From NCBI GenBank assembly GCA_017521025.1, contig JAFXEB010000002.1, positions 20,232 to 84,231 on the forward strand: a stretch of DNA of 64,000 bases, given 5' to 3'. The notes under the pieces are model-generated. The model was given only the letters and a program-made list of their open reading frames with translations, was not told the DNA's origin and made no database searches. Shown piece by piece: positions 27,843-37,468 of this stretch (within the stretch, counting starts at the first letter, position 1; the number at the start of each line of letters is the position of its first letter). Made by a program: the position numbers and the translations under genes. Source of the DNA: Clostridia bacterium (GTDB taxonomy: Bacteria; Bacillota; Clostridia; Oscillospirales; CAG-382).

Positions 27843-29273
27843 ATGGGACTTATTAAAGCAGGAATAGGCGCATTGGGCGGCGTAATGGCTGACCAGTGGA
27901 AGGAGTTTTTCTATTGTGATGCACTGAGCACTGACGTGCTTGTAAAGAAGGGGCAGAAGCGCACCAGTGACCGTTCCTCCAACACCAAGGGCGAGGATAA
28001 CATAATTTCCAACGGCTCGGGTATTGCCGTAGCCGACGGTCAGTGTATGATCATAGTAGAGCAGGGAAAGGTAGTAGAGGTATGTGCCGAGCCCGGCGAG
28101 TTTACATATGACACCTCTACAGAGCCTTCTATATTTGCAGGCAGCCTCGGCCAGAGCATACTTAACACCTTCAAGGCAATCGGTAAGCGTTTCACCTATG
28201 GCGGCGACACGGGCAAGGACCAGAGGGTGTACTATTTCAACACCAAGGAGATAATGGGCAACAAGTTCGGCACTAAGAACCCCATTATGTTCGAGGTAGT
28301 CAACAAGCGTCTCGGTATGAGCAGAACCGTACAGGTAAGATGTAACGGTATCTACTCCTACGTGATAAGCAACCCCCTTCTTTTCTATACCAAGGTCTGC
28401 GGTAACGTAGAGAACGAGTATAGAAGGGACCAGATAGACGAGCAGCTTAAGACCGAGTTTATAAGCGCACTTCAGCCTGCCCTGGGTGCTCTTACCGAGC
28501 TTGAGCTTCGCCCCGCACAGATACCCGCTAAGGTAAACGAGCTTAAGGCGGCAATGAACGAAGCGCTGAGAGCAGAGTGGATAGACAGCCGTGGTATAAC
28601 TGTAGAGAAGATAGCCATCAACCCCATCACCCTCACCGAGGAGGATATGAAGAAGATCAACCAGATGGAAGATGCGGCAACAATGGGCAGCAATCCTTTC
28701 ATGATGGCAGGCAGAATGACCGATGCTACCGCAAACGCTATGGAGGCCGCCGCTGCTAACGAGGCCGGCGCTATGACAGGCTTTATGGGCCTTGGTATGG
28801 CAGGCGGCGCAATGGGTGGCGGCTTTAACGCAGCACAGAGTCTGTATGGCGCAGGCGTTCAGGCGCAGGCAGCACAGGCACAGGCGCAGGCTGCACAGGC
28901 TGCACAGGCTCCTGCGGCAGAGGGCTGGAAATGTGCCTGCGGCGCAACTGCGACGGGCAAATTCTGTACCGAGTGCGGCGCAAAGAAGCCTGAGCCTGTA
29001 GCGGCAGGGGGCTGGAAGTGCGCTTGCGGCGCAACCGCAACGGGTAAGTTCTGCACCGAGTGCGGCGCAAAGAAGCCTGAGGCAGATGGCTGGACCTGCT
29101 CCTGCGGTGCGGTAAACAAGGGCAAGTTCTGTCCTAACTGCGGTGCCAAGAAGCCTGCAGGTGTACCTCAGTACAAGTGCGATAATTGCGGCTGGGAGCC
29201 TGAAAAGGGCGTGACCCCTCCCAAGTTCTGCCCTGAGTGCGGTGACCCCTTTGATGACGGCGATATAATCTAA
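27843..29273 (+). CDS. SPFH/band-7 domain protein with C-terminal zinc-ribbon repeats (YdjI-like)
   Basis: MGLIKAG...ADQWKEFF start after aaagga; SPFH core; three GWxCxCG...KFCxxCG repeats plus CDNC/CPEC. Confidence 0.88.
   Translation: MGLIKAGIGALGGVMADQWKEFFYCDALSTDVLVKKGQKRTSDRSSNTKGEDNIISNGSGIAVADGQCMIIVEQGKVVEVCAEPGEFTYDTSTEPSIFAGSLGQSILNTFKAIGKRFTYGGDTGKDQRVYYFNTKEIMGNKFGTKNPIMFEVVNKRLGMSRTVQVRCNGIYSYVISNPLLFYTKVCGNVENEYRRDQIDEQLKTEFISALQPALGALTELELRPAQIPAKVNELKAAMNEALRAEWIDSRGITVEKIAINPITLTEEDMKKINQMEDAATMGSNPFMMAGRMTDATANAMEAAAANEAGAMTGFMGLGMAGGAMGGGFNAAQSLYGAGVQAQAAQAQAQAAQAAQAPAAEGWKCACGATATGKFCTECGAKKPEPVAAGGWKCACGATATGKFCTECGAKKPEADGWTCSCGAVNKGKFCPNCGAKKPAGVPQYKCDNCGWEPEKGVTPPKFCPECGDPFDDGDII
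28921..29160 (+). repeat. Intragenic tandem repeat encoding zinc ribbons
   Basis: GWKCACGATATGKFCTECGAKKPE twice (87-nt spacing) plus a diverged third copy. Confidence 0.85.
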
Positions 29274-29342
29274 TATATTTTACGGTAATAAAAGCCCCAC
29301 TGACCCTATTGGGTCGGTGGGGTAAAAACGAGGAGGGAATAT

Positions 29343-30428
29343 ATGGCTGAGCTTCAGGAATATAAATGCCCATGCTGTGGCGGCGGCATAGAGTTTGACA
29401 GCGACATACAAAAGATGAAATGTCCCTACTGCGATACAGAGTTCGAGATGGAGGCTCTTGCCGCCTATGACGAGGACCTTAAGGCGGACAGAGACGACGA
29501 TATGAGCTGGGAGACAGCCGCAGGCTCTGATTGGCAGGAGGGAGAGGCTGACGGACTGCGCATCTATGTGTGTGAGTCCTGCGGCGGCGAGATAGTGGGT
29601 GACGAGACCCTTGCCGCAACTGCGTGTCCTTTCTGCGATAACCCCGTGGTTATGAAGGGTCAGTTTGCAGGCGACCTTAAGCCTGATTACGTAATCCCCT
29701 TCAAGCTTGATAAGGAGGCTGCCAAGGCGGCGCTCAGAAAGCACTACGAGGGTAAGAGGCTGCTTCCCAAGGTTTTCAAAAAGGAAAACCATATAGACGA
29801 GATAAAGGGTATATATGTGCCCTTTTGGCTCTTTGATACGGATGCGGATGCCAACCTCAGATACAAGGCTACCCGTGTCAGGACGTGGAGCGATTCCAAC
29901 TATTACTATACCGAGACTAGCTTCTTTTCCGTAAGGCGTGCAGGTACAATCGGCTTTGAGCGTGTGCCTGTAGACGGCTCCGTTAAGATGGATGACGCTT
30001 TGATGGAGTCGCTTGAGCCCTTCAATTTTAAGGACGCTGTTGACTTTCAGACCGCATATCTTTCGGGATATCTGGCTGACAGATATGACGTTGATTCGGA
30101 AAAGAGCATAGAGCGTGCCAACGTGCGCATTAAAAAGAGCACTGAAAACACCTTTGCCTCCACCGTTCAGGGCTACGCTACCATAGTGCCCGAGGCGACC
30201 AATATCCAGCTTAAAAACGGCAAGGCTAAGTATGCACTCTATCCCGTATGGCTGCTTAATACCAAGTGGAGAGGGAACCAATATGTCTTTGCCATGAACG
30301 GTCAGACCGGTAAGATGGCAGGCAATTTGCCTATGGACAAGGGTATTTTCAGACGTTGGCTGTTTGGACTTTGGGGCGGCGTTTCTGCCGCAGTCCTTGC
30401 GGTGCTCTACCTTTTGTGGTTGCTTTAA
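29343..30428 (+). CDS. Zinc-ribbon protein with C-terminal TM (YdjG-like)
   Basis: CPCC, CPYC, CESC, CPFC; PDYVIPF, YVPFWLF, LYPVW, NGQTGK. Confidence 0.85.
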   Translation: MAELQEYKCPCCGGGIEFDSDIQKMKCPYCDTEFEMEALAAYDEDLKADRDDDMSWETAAGSDWQEGEADGLRIYVCESCGGEIVGDETLAATACPFCDNPVVMKGQFAGDLKPDYVIPFKLDKEAAKAALRKHYEGKRLLPKVFKKENHIDEIKGIYVPFWLFDTDADANLRYKATRVRTWSDSNYYYTETSFFSVRRAGTIGFERVPVDGSVKMDDALMESLEPFNFKDAVDFQTAYLSGYLADRYDVDSEKSIERANVRIKKSTENTFASTVQGYATIVPEATNIQLKNGKAKYALYPVWLLNTKWRGNQYVFAMNGQTGKMAGNLPMDKGIFRRWLFGLWGGVSAAVLAVLYLLWLL

Positions 30429-30440
30429 GGAGGTGGCGTT

Positions 30441-31187
30441 ATGAAGAACAGAGTTGTTGCCTTGCTTCTTTGCCTTATCCTCGGCACCCTATTTACCCTC
30501 AGCGTTTCCGCCGAGGCTGACCGTCTGTATGACGGTGCTGAGCTGCTTACGGCTTCTGAGGAGGCTTCTGTCCGCACAAAGCTTGACAGCGTAAGCGAGA
30601 AATATGACATCGACGTGGTAGTGGTAACGGTAAACGGCACCGAGGGCGAGAGCGTCCGTGATTTCGCCGACGATTATTTTGACTACGGCGGCTACGGCTA
30701 TGACGGCGTATTGCTGCTTATCAGCATGGAGGACAGGGACTGGTACATAAGCACGAGTGGCGAGTGTATGGATGCCTTCTCCGACAGCGATATCGACAGC
30801 ATCGGTGACCTTATGTCAGGCGACCTCGGTGACGGTGACTATGCCGAAGCCTTTCTTACCTTCGCCAAGGAATGTGATAGCTATATGGACATCCATATTA
30901 ACGGCGAGCCTTTTTCGTGGTTCAGCTCCGTGGTTATCGCTCTTATTATCGGCCTTATCGTTGCTCTTATCGCTACAGGTGTTATGAAGGGCAAGCTTAA
31001 GTCTGTAAGCTTCCAGTCTGCGGCGGCTAACTACGTCAGGGCGGGCAGCTTTAAGGTGACCGAGTCCAGAGACTCCTTCCTTTACAGCACGGTAAGCCGC
31101 AGGGCAAAGCCCAAGCAGTCCTCGAGCAGCTCAAGACACGTCTCCTCCTCGGGCAGAAGCCACGGTGGCGGTGGCGGCAAGTTTTAG
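30441..31187 (+). CDS. TPM-domain protein (YdjH-like)
   Basis: Signal peptide, D.AELL, DGVLLLISM.DR, TM, SSSGRSHGGGGGKF tail. Confidence 0.88.
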   Translation: MKNRVVALLLCLILGTLFTLSVSAEADRLYDGAELLTASEEASVRTKLDSVSEKYDIDVVVVTVNGTEGESVRDFADDYFDYGGYGYDGVLLLISMEDRDWYISTSGECMDAFSDSDIDSIGDLMSGDLGDGDYAEAFLTFAKECDSYMDIHINGEPFSWFSSVVIALIIGLIVALIATGVMKGKLKSVSFQSAAANYVRAGSFKVTESRDSFLYSTVSRRAKPKQSSSSSRHVSSSGRSHGGGGGKF

Positions 31188-31208
31188 CACGGGAGGAAAG
31201 AGCGGTTT

Positions 31209-31988
31209 ATGGCATATATAGATTTAAGGTTTTACAGCGAGGTGCTGGGTATGCAGACCGAGGCTACGGTCATCATCCCTCAGCGCTCCACCGTAGGACA
31301 GATAGGGGTGGACACCAACGCCAAGCAGGGCGCTTACAAGTGTCTTTACCTGCTTCACGGTCTGGGCGGTGACGCTATGTCGTGGATGCGACTTTCCTCT
31401 ATCGAGCGCTATGCCCTTAAATACGGTATCTGCGTGGTAATGCCCCGTGCAGATAAAAGCTATTATTGCAATATGCGCCACGGGCTCAACTATTACGACC
31501 ATATCGCAAAAGAGGTGCCTGCCACCGTTTGCGACCTGCTCAACATCTCCTCAAAGCGGGAGGACAGCTTTATAGCAGGTCTCTCTATGGGCGGCTACGG
31601 TGCCTTGAAGATAGCTCTGAGAGAGGAAGGGCGCTTTGCCGCAGGCGCAGGGCTCTCTCCCTGCGGTGATATCAGGTCGCTCAAGGGCTTCCGTAAGGAG
31701 TTCCTTCCCATATTCGGTGAGGATGAGCTTATTCCCGACGAGGATGATGTTTTGTATCTGGCGGAAAAGTATAAGGACGCCCCCTTGAAGCCAAGGCTTT
31801 ATATGGGTATCGGCACCGAGGATTTTCTGTATGAAAACGCTAACAACCTGCGCCGAAGGATAGAGGAGTGCGGCTATGACTTCACCTACCGTGAGAGTGC
31901 GGGCACCCATAACTGGGATTTCTGGGACGAGTACATACAGTACGTTTTTGAGTGGCTGGAGGAGCAGATAAAGGGCTCGGCACAGTAA
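31209..31988 (+). CDS. Esterase family (alpha/beta hydrolase; tributyrin/acetyl esterase-like)
   Basis: LYLLHGL, GLSMGGYGA, GTEDFL, HNWDFWD. Confidence 0.9.
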   Translation: MAYIDLRFYSEVLGMQTEATVIIPQRSTVGQIGVDTNAKQGAYKCLYLLHGLGGDAMSWMRLSSIERYALKYGICVVMPRADKSYYCNMRHGLNYYDHIAKEVPATVCDLLNISSKREDSFIAGLSMGGYGALKIALREEGRFAAGAGLSPCGDIRSLKGFRKEFLPIFGEDELIPDEDDVLYLAEKYKDAPLKPRLYMGIGTEDFLYENANNLRRRIEECGYDFTYRESAGTHNWDFWDEYIQYVFEWLEEQIKGSAQ

Positions 31989-32013
31989 AACGGACACAAT
32001 AGTATTTTTTGCA

Positions 32014-32053
32014 CCCCGTCGGGAGCGCTTGCCGCATCCGACGGGGCTTTTTT
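32014..32053 (+). terminator. Intrinsic terminator
   Basis: ccccgtcgg...ccgacgggg followed by a T run. Confidence 0.75.
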
Positions 32054-32116
32054 GTTCAGCTACTGCCTTCTGTGCCGCTTTTTTTGATTTCTGACAAAAA
32101 AGTTTGTAAAAACCCC

Positions 32117-32176
32117 TTTACAAAAGGAATAAAATAGGTTATAATACATAAGTCGGCACTTTAGCTAATTAAAGTG
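32117..32176 (+). promoter_or_regulatory. Promoter and palindromic operator of the amino-acid ABC operon
   Basis: TTTACA-17-TATAAT, then CACTTTA-gctaat-TAAAGTG at 32157-32176. Confidence 0.6.
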
Positions 32177-32196
32177 GACAAGAAAGGAACTATATT

Positions 32197-33021
32197 ATGA
32201 AGAGAATTATCACACTTATGCTTGCCGTAGTTTTCGTTCTTTCCATGGCAGTAAGCTTTTCCGCCTGTGGCGAAAAGAGCGATTGGGAAACCGTTAAGGA
32301 GCAGGGCTATTTCGTATGCGGTATTACCGTTTATGCACCTATGAACTATTTTGATGATGACGGCAACCTTACCGGCTTTGATACCGAGTTTGCTGAGGCT
32401 GTTGCCAAGGAGCTTGGCGTTGAGGCTAAGTTTCAGGTTATAAGCTGGCCCAACAAGTATATGGAGCTTGACAGCGGCGCTATCGACCTTATATGGAACG
32501 GCTTTACCTACGGTCTTGAGAGTGACGGCGTTGCCCGTACCGAGTACGTTGACTTCACCTACTCCTACCTCGAGAACCGTCAGTGCCTCGTAACCAAGGC
32601 TGACAGGGTTGAAGAGCTTAATTCTGCCGACGCCCTCAAGGGTAAGAAGGCAGTTGCAGAGGGCGGCTCCTCCGGCGAGGGCGTTGCTAATGAGCTTACC
32701 GGCGAGGACAACGTTACCACCTTCACCTCTCAGGCATCCGCTCTTATGGAGCTTATCGCAGGCAACGCTGATTTTGCAGTAATCGACTATCAGATGGCTA
32801 ACGCAATGGTAGGCAAGGGCGACTATGCAAGCCTTTCCATCAACAACGCAATAGAGCCTGAGTCTGAGGTTTACGCTATCGGCTGCCGCAAGGGCAGTGA
32901 CCTTACCGCAAAGATCAACGAGGCTATAAAGACCCTTTACGAAAACGGCACTATGGCTACCATCGCCGCTAAGTACAAGCTTACCAACGACCTCGTTACC
33001 GACCTCGGTGCGGCTGAATAA
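32197..33021 (+). CDS. Polar amino-acid ABC transporter substrate-binding lipoprotein
   Basis: Lipobox FSAC; YAPM, GFDTE, IDLIWNG. Confidence 0.92.
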   Translation: MKRIITLMLAVVFVLSMAVSFSACGEKSDWETVKEQGYFVCGITVYAPMNYFDDDGNLTGFDTEFAEAVAKELGVEAKFQVISWPNKYMELDSGAIDLIWNGFTYGLESDGVARTEYVDFTYSYLENRQCLVTKADRVEELNSADALKGKKAVAEGGSSGEGVANELTGEDNVTTFTSQASALMELIAGNADFAVIDYQMANAMVGKGDYASLSINNAIEPESEVYAIGCRKGSDLTAKINEAIKTLYENGTMATIAAKYKLTNDLVTDLGAAE

Positions 33022-33680
33022 TGAATTTTTGGGATATCAGCGTAAAGCTGCTTGACGGCTTTGGCATTACCTGTCTGCTGTTTATTCTGACCTTGGTTTT
33101 TTCGCTGCCTCTTGGACTTATCATTTCCTTTGGCTCTATGTCAAAATTCAAGCCTCTGTCATGGCTTTGCCGCACAGTGGTTTGGATAATCAGGGGCACA
33201 CCCCTTATGCTTCAGCTTTTTGTGGTGTTTTACGTGCCCGGTATGCTTTTTGGCGTAAGGCTTTTCACGGGGGATGACGGTCGCTTTTTGGCGGCACTTG
33301 TGGCGTTTGTCATTAACTACGCCTGCTACTTCTCCGAGATATTCCGTGGCGGTATCGAGAGCATTCCCAAGGGACAGTATGAGGCGGCACAGGTTTTGGG
33401 TATGACCGCAAGGGAGACCTTTTTCACCGTTATTATGATGCAGGTGGTAAAGCGTATACTTGCACCCATAAGCAACGAGGTAATAACCCTTGTAAAGGAT
33501 ACCTCACTGGCGAGAGTTATAGCCGTGGGCGAGATATTCTTCGTAAACGAGATGGATTTCCTCTCCCGTGGACTTGTATGGCCGCTGTTCTATATTGCGG
33601 TGTTCTTCCTCGTGTTCGTAGGCGTGCTCACCCTCCTCTTTGGCTGGTGTGAGAAAAAGCTGTCCTACTACAAGGTGTGA
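33021..33680 (+). CDS. Polar amino-acid ABC transporter permease
   Basis: [32 protein letters not shown]. Confidence 0.93.
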   Translation: MNFWDISVKLLDGFGITCLLFILTLVFSLPLGLIISFGSMSKFKPLSWLCRTVVWIIRGTPLMLQLFVVFYVPGMLFGVRLFTGDDGRFLAALVAFVINYACYFSEIFRGGIESIPKGQYEAAQVLGMTARETFFTVIMMQVVKRILAPISNEVITLVKDTSLARVIAVGEIFFVNEMDFLSRGLVWPLFYIAVFFLVFVGVLTLLFGWCEKKLSYYKV

Positions 33681-33688
33681 GGTGGACT

Positions 33689-34480
33689 ATGGCATATCTT
33701 GAAATACGCAACCTTAAAAAGCAGTTTGGCAACACCCGTGTTCTGCACGGCATCGACTTTTCTATGGAAAAGGGCGAGGTGGTGGCAGTCATCGGCTCCT
33801 CCGGCGGAGGCAAGACCACCTTTCTTCGCTGTCTCAACTTCCTTGAGATGGCAAACGAGGGTACTATCGACTTTGCCGACGGCTTCCGTTTTGATGCCGC
33901 AAAAACCTACAAGAGCAAAGAGATAAGGGAAATGAGGCTTAAGATGGGACTTGTGTTCCAGTCCTTTAACCTGTTCCCCCAGTATACCGCCCTTGAAAAC
34001 GTCTACATACCGCTGTTTCTCCGTTCCAAGGAGCGCATAAAGGCAAGCCTCCCCTTCGGTAAGGAAAGGCGTGCCGCTATAAAGGCGGCAGGCGATGGGG
34101 ACATGCAAAGGGCAGAGGCGCTTTTGCAGGAGGTAGGACTTGCCGATAAGATGGGCAACTATCCTTGCCAGCTTTCCGGCGGTCAGCAGCAGCGTGTGGC
34201 TATTGCCAGAGCCTTGGCTCAGGACCCTGCGGTGCTTTGCTTTGATGAGCCTACCAGTGCCCTCGACCCCGAGCTTACGGGTGAGGTGCTGCGTGTTATC
34301 TCTGAGCTAAAGAACAAGGGGCGCACGATGCTTGTAGTCACCCACGAGATGGAGTTTGCCCGTAACGTGGCAGACCGTGTCATCTTTTTTGCAGACGGTC
34401 TTATAGAGGAGGAGGGCACTCCCGAGCAGATCTTTTGCTCGCCCAAGTCCCCTAAGACGGCGTCGTTCTTAAAGCATTAA
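33689..34480 (+). CDS. Polar amino-acid ABC transporter ATP-binding protein
   Basis: [29 protein letters not shown]. Confidence 0.93.
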   Translation: MAYLEIRNLKKQFGNTRVLHGIDFSMEKGEVVAVIGSSGGGKTTFLRCLNFLEMANEGTIDFADGFRFDAAKTYKSKEIREMRLKMGLVFQSFNLFPQYTALENVYIPLFLRSKERIKASLPFGKERRAAIKAAGDGDMQRAEALLQEVGLADKMGNYPCQLSGGQQQRVAIARALAQDPAVLCFDEPTSALDPELTGEVLRVISELKNKGRTMLVVTHEMEFARNVADRVIFFADGLIEEEGTPEQIFCSPKSPKTASFLKH

Positions 34481-34566
34481 AGTAATTTGCGAGACCTCTT
34501 AGGGATAAGGGGTCTCGCAGTTCTGTTAATATGAGCACCGAACACAGTTAAAGGAGGCAGGGCTTG

Positions 34567-34929
34567 ATGGATAAATACAAGCTTGAGGAGTATATAGCCG
34601 ACACCTATGGAGTAGAGGCGGATTACCCGTGGCAGAGCACGCCCGAATACGCCGTATACCGCCACTCAGACAGTCGAAAGTGGTTTGCCGTGGTGATGGA
34701 TATACCTAAACGGTATTTAGGACTTGCCGAGGACGGCAGGATAGATATTATGAACATCAAGTGCCCCTACGCCACCATATCCACCTTACTTGGTGAAGAG
34801 GGCTTTTATCCCGCCTATCATATGAACAAGTATTGCTGGATAAGCGTTGCTCTTGACGGCAGGGTGGGAGCTGAGACTGTAAAAGAGCTGTTGGAGTTAA
34901 GCCATAGCCTTACTTCAAACAAAAAATGA
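34567..34929 (+). CDS. MmcQ/YjbR family protein
   Basis: KWFA, NIKC, PAYHMNK..WIS; SD aaggagg. Confidence 0.88.
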   Translation: MDKYKLEEYIADTYGVEADYPWQSTPEYAVYRHSDSRKWFAVVMDIPKRYLGLAEDGRIDIMNIKCPYATISTLLGEEGFYPAYHMNKYCWISVALDGRVGAETVKELLELSHSLTSNKK

Positions 34930-34997
34930 AAGAAACAAAAAATAAAATATGGGGCTATCTCAAATGCATTTTTGCATTGAGACAGCCCCACCGTTTT

Positions 34998-36356
34998 TTA
35001 TACCGATATTTCTTTTTTCAGTTTTCGCCAATAGGGCAAAAACAGTACAAGCGCCGTGCACATTGCCAGCATATCAGATATGGGTGTTGCCCAAGGGATA
35101 CCGTTTACACCTGCAAGGCGGTCCATTATAAACATAAAGGGGACGTCAAAGCCGCCCTTGCGGAAGATGGATAAAACCATAGGCTTTGCCTTCTGCCCCG
35201 TCGCCTGAAAGATGGATATAGTCATCATAGTGACGGAAATAGCAGGGCAGGTGATACATATCGTCTTTAGAAAATGCTGACCGTATTCCACCGTCTCCTT
35301 ATCGTCGATAAAAAAGCGCAAAACTGGCACGGCACCCACGAAAAGGAACACTGCGCCTGCCGTAGCAACTATCAGGCTATAGCCAAAGGCGGTCTTTATG
35401 GCAGAGCGCATACGGACGTAGTTCCTTGCGGCGTAGTTGTAGCCGATAAGAGGCAGTACGCCCTGCGTCATCCCGTTAGCAATGGCAAAGGCGAGCATAT
35501 CTATCTTTTTTGCTATCCCCATACCTGCTATAGCTTGGTTGGAGTAGGATACCACCATCTTGTTCAGCACAAGGTTTGAGAAGGTGCCCATCAGTATCAA
35601 TATAAAGCTGGGGAAGCCTACAAGCAGTGTCTCCTTAGGTACTCCGTGCTTCAGCGAATAGTTCTTTGGCGTGAATTTAATAACGGTGCTGTTGCCGTTT
35701 TTGCTAAGAAGCCATATAAAGTAGCCAAGGGCGATAAGGTTTGACAGCATGGTTGCTACAGCCGCGCCGGCAACGCCCAAACCCAGGGGGAATATAAATA
35801 AAGGGTCAAGCAATATGTTAAGCACGCCACCAAGAGCGATACCAAGGCTTGCCTCCTTAGCGTAGCCCTCAGCCCGCACAAGGTGGGCAAGGCAAGCGTT
35901 AAGCACCGTAGGAACCGCACCTATGCCGATAGTCCACAGCACGTAGTCTGAGCAGAAGCCGTAGGTGGCACTGTCAGTACCCAAAAGCGGAAACAGCACA
36001 GGTCGTAGCAGGTACATAAGCAGTCCGTACACAAAGGCAACGGCAGTGGCAGTCCAAATGCTGAAGGCGGCACAGCGCTTTGCTCTGTCCCTGTCACCTG
36101 CACCGAGACTGCGTGAGATAAGGCTTGAGCCGCCTATGCCGAAAAGGTTGGCAATACCCGTCAGCATAACAAAGGGCGGCATAGCAAGGGTGGCGGCTGC
36201 AACCTGATTCGGGTCATCCATCTGCCCTATAAAAAAGGTGTCAGCCATATTATATACCACCGTTACCATCTGGCTTATTACGGTGGGTATTACAAGCTTT
36301 ATTACAGAGCGCCTCACGGGCAACCTCTCAAAAAGCTCAGTATTATCGGTCTTCAA
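34998..36356 (-). CDS. MATE family efflux transporter
   Basis: YNMADTFFIG, NILLDPLFIF..GVAGAA.AT, about 12 TMs; TTG start after gagggg. Confidence 0.92.
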   Translation of the reverse strand: MKTDNTELFERLPVRRSVIKLVIPTVISQMVTVVYNMADTFFIGQMDDPNQVAAATLAMPPFVMLTGIANLFGIGGSSLISRSLGAGDRDRAKRCAAFSIWTATAVAFVYGLLMYLLRPVLFPLLGTDSATYGFCSDYVLWTIGIGAVPTVLNACLAHLVRAEGYAKEASLGIALGGVLNILLDPLFIFPLGLGVAGAAVATMLSNLIALGYFIWLLSKNGNSTVIKFTPKNYSLKHGVPKETLLVGFPSFILILMGTFSNLVLNKMVVSYSNQAIAGMGIAKKIDMLAFAIANGMTQGVLPLIGYNYAARNYVRMRSAIKTAFGYSLIVATAGAVFLFVGAVPVLRFFIDDKETVEYGQHFLKTICITCPAISVTMMTISIFQATGQKAKPMVLSIFRKGGFDVPFMFIMDRLAGVNGIPWATPISDMLAMCTALVLFLPYWRKLKKEISV

Positions 36357-36384
36357 AACAGATCCCCTCTTTTCACAAGGGAAG

Positions 36385-36413
36385 ATTATACAACTCACAG
36401 CCTCCTTTGTCAA
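36385..36413 (-). promoter_or_regulatory. sigmaA promoter of the MATE gene
   Basis: Consensus TTGACA-17-TATAAT. Confidence 0.85.
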
Positions 36414-36460
36414 GCATACTAAAGTCTTTTAAGGTTTTTCCGTCAGTATGAAATAAGCAT

Positions 36461-36480
36461 AAAAAAACGCCCCGTGGGCG
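36461..36480 (-). terminator. Intrinsic terminator of an upstream minus-strand transcript
   Basis: cgccc-acg-gggcg followed by T7 on the minus strand. Confidence 0.65.
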
Positions 36481-37218
36481 CAGTCAATGCTTAATAAACA
36501 ATAAAGCCGTATACAAGCCTATAAAATAAGAATAACCCTTGGCTCGCTTCCCCTTTCTTTGGGAAGTTTACGAAGCCAAGGGTTATTCTTCTATCTCCTT
36601 GATATCCAACATCATTGGTTACCTCACTTTCTCGGATATTGCGGTGACTTACGTGTTCTCCGTAAAAAGCCTTTGCGATACACGCCCTGCCGCCTCGCTT
36701 TCCTGACGCTTATCCCGACAATCTATATAAACCTTTGGTTTTTCTCCTTAAGCGGAGCATCTGTCGGTAAGGGAATGCTTGGTACGACTGTCGCCTGCCG
36801 TAACTGCTTTTTGCCTTGCTGTCACCATCCGTTGTTAGTTTTTGAAATTAAGAAGTGTTAATGTAAAATTTGTGGAGGTAAATTAATTTAAGAAAAATCG
36901 GTTAATTTAGGAAAAATCAGTTTGTTGTTCCGGAAATATTACTGTGTTAAGAAAAATTGTAGAAATATTATGTCTGTAGGATGAAAAATTGAAAGAACAC
37001 TTTCGCTTTTGTTACGCTGTCTTTTAAAACAACGCTCAAACTATGCTTCTGCTCACTTTATCAACAGCCGTTTTACTGCCTTGCTTTTTTCTTTACCGTC
37101 TGAGCCCTGACACCTCGGTGTGTGGACTTAAGACCTTGATTGTACAATGGACTCACTCCTCTCAGTTATTTTCTCAGATACTTTAGAATGAACATTTAAA
37201 TCATCCTTCCTTCCTGTG
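36461..37218 (-). ncRNA. Candidate ~750-nt non-coding or micro-ORF transcript of unknown family
   Basis: Bounded by a promoter (37224-37252) and a terminator (36461-36480); no long ORF; long hairpin at 36528-36590. Confidence 0.4.
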
Positions 37219-37223
37219 GCTTT

Positions 37224-37252
37224 ATATTACCACATTCAAAGGGAGATTTCAA
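37224..37252 (-). promoter_or_regulatory. sigmaA promoter firing into the ORF-poor region
   Basis: TTGAAA-17 bp-TAATAT with extended -10 TG. Confidence 0.6.
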
Positions 37253-37337
37253 TACACAAATTATACAAATTACACAACAAATTTCTGTGCAAAGGGCAGA
37301 AAGTTGGTGATTGTGCCCCTGAATGTGCAAAAAGCTA

Positions 37338-37367
37338 TTGACATATAGCAGGGCATTGTGTTACACT
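37338..37367 (+). promoter_or_regulatory. Promoter of the fucO-like gene
   Basis: TTGACA-18 bp-TACACT. Confidence 0.55.
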
Positions 37368-37468
37368 GAATACGTTGGGGTGTATGTGGACGGGGGCATA
37401 ATTCTTTCGCCCTCACATCAAAACTGCTATACTGCTCATAATAAGGCATATATATAGGAGGAAAAACT

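Noticed and set aside
28921-29160. Repeats considered as a possible CRISPR array
   Set aside because: They are in-frame coding repeats with synonymous differences (Zn ribbons), have no unique spacers, and no cas genes are present.
36559-36861. 100-aa plus-strand ORF in the ORF-poor region
   Set aside because: TTG start inside a hairpin, no SD, no motifs; promoter and terminator signals point to the minus strand.
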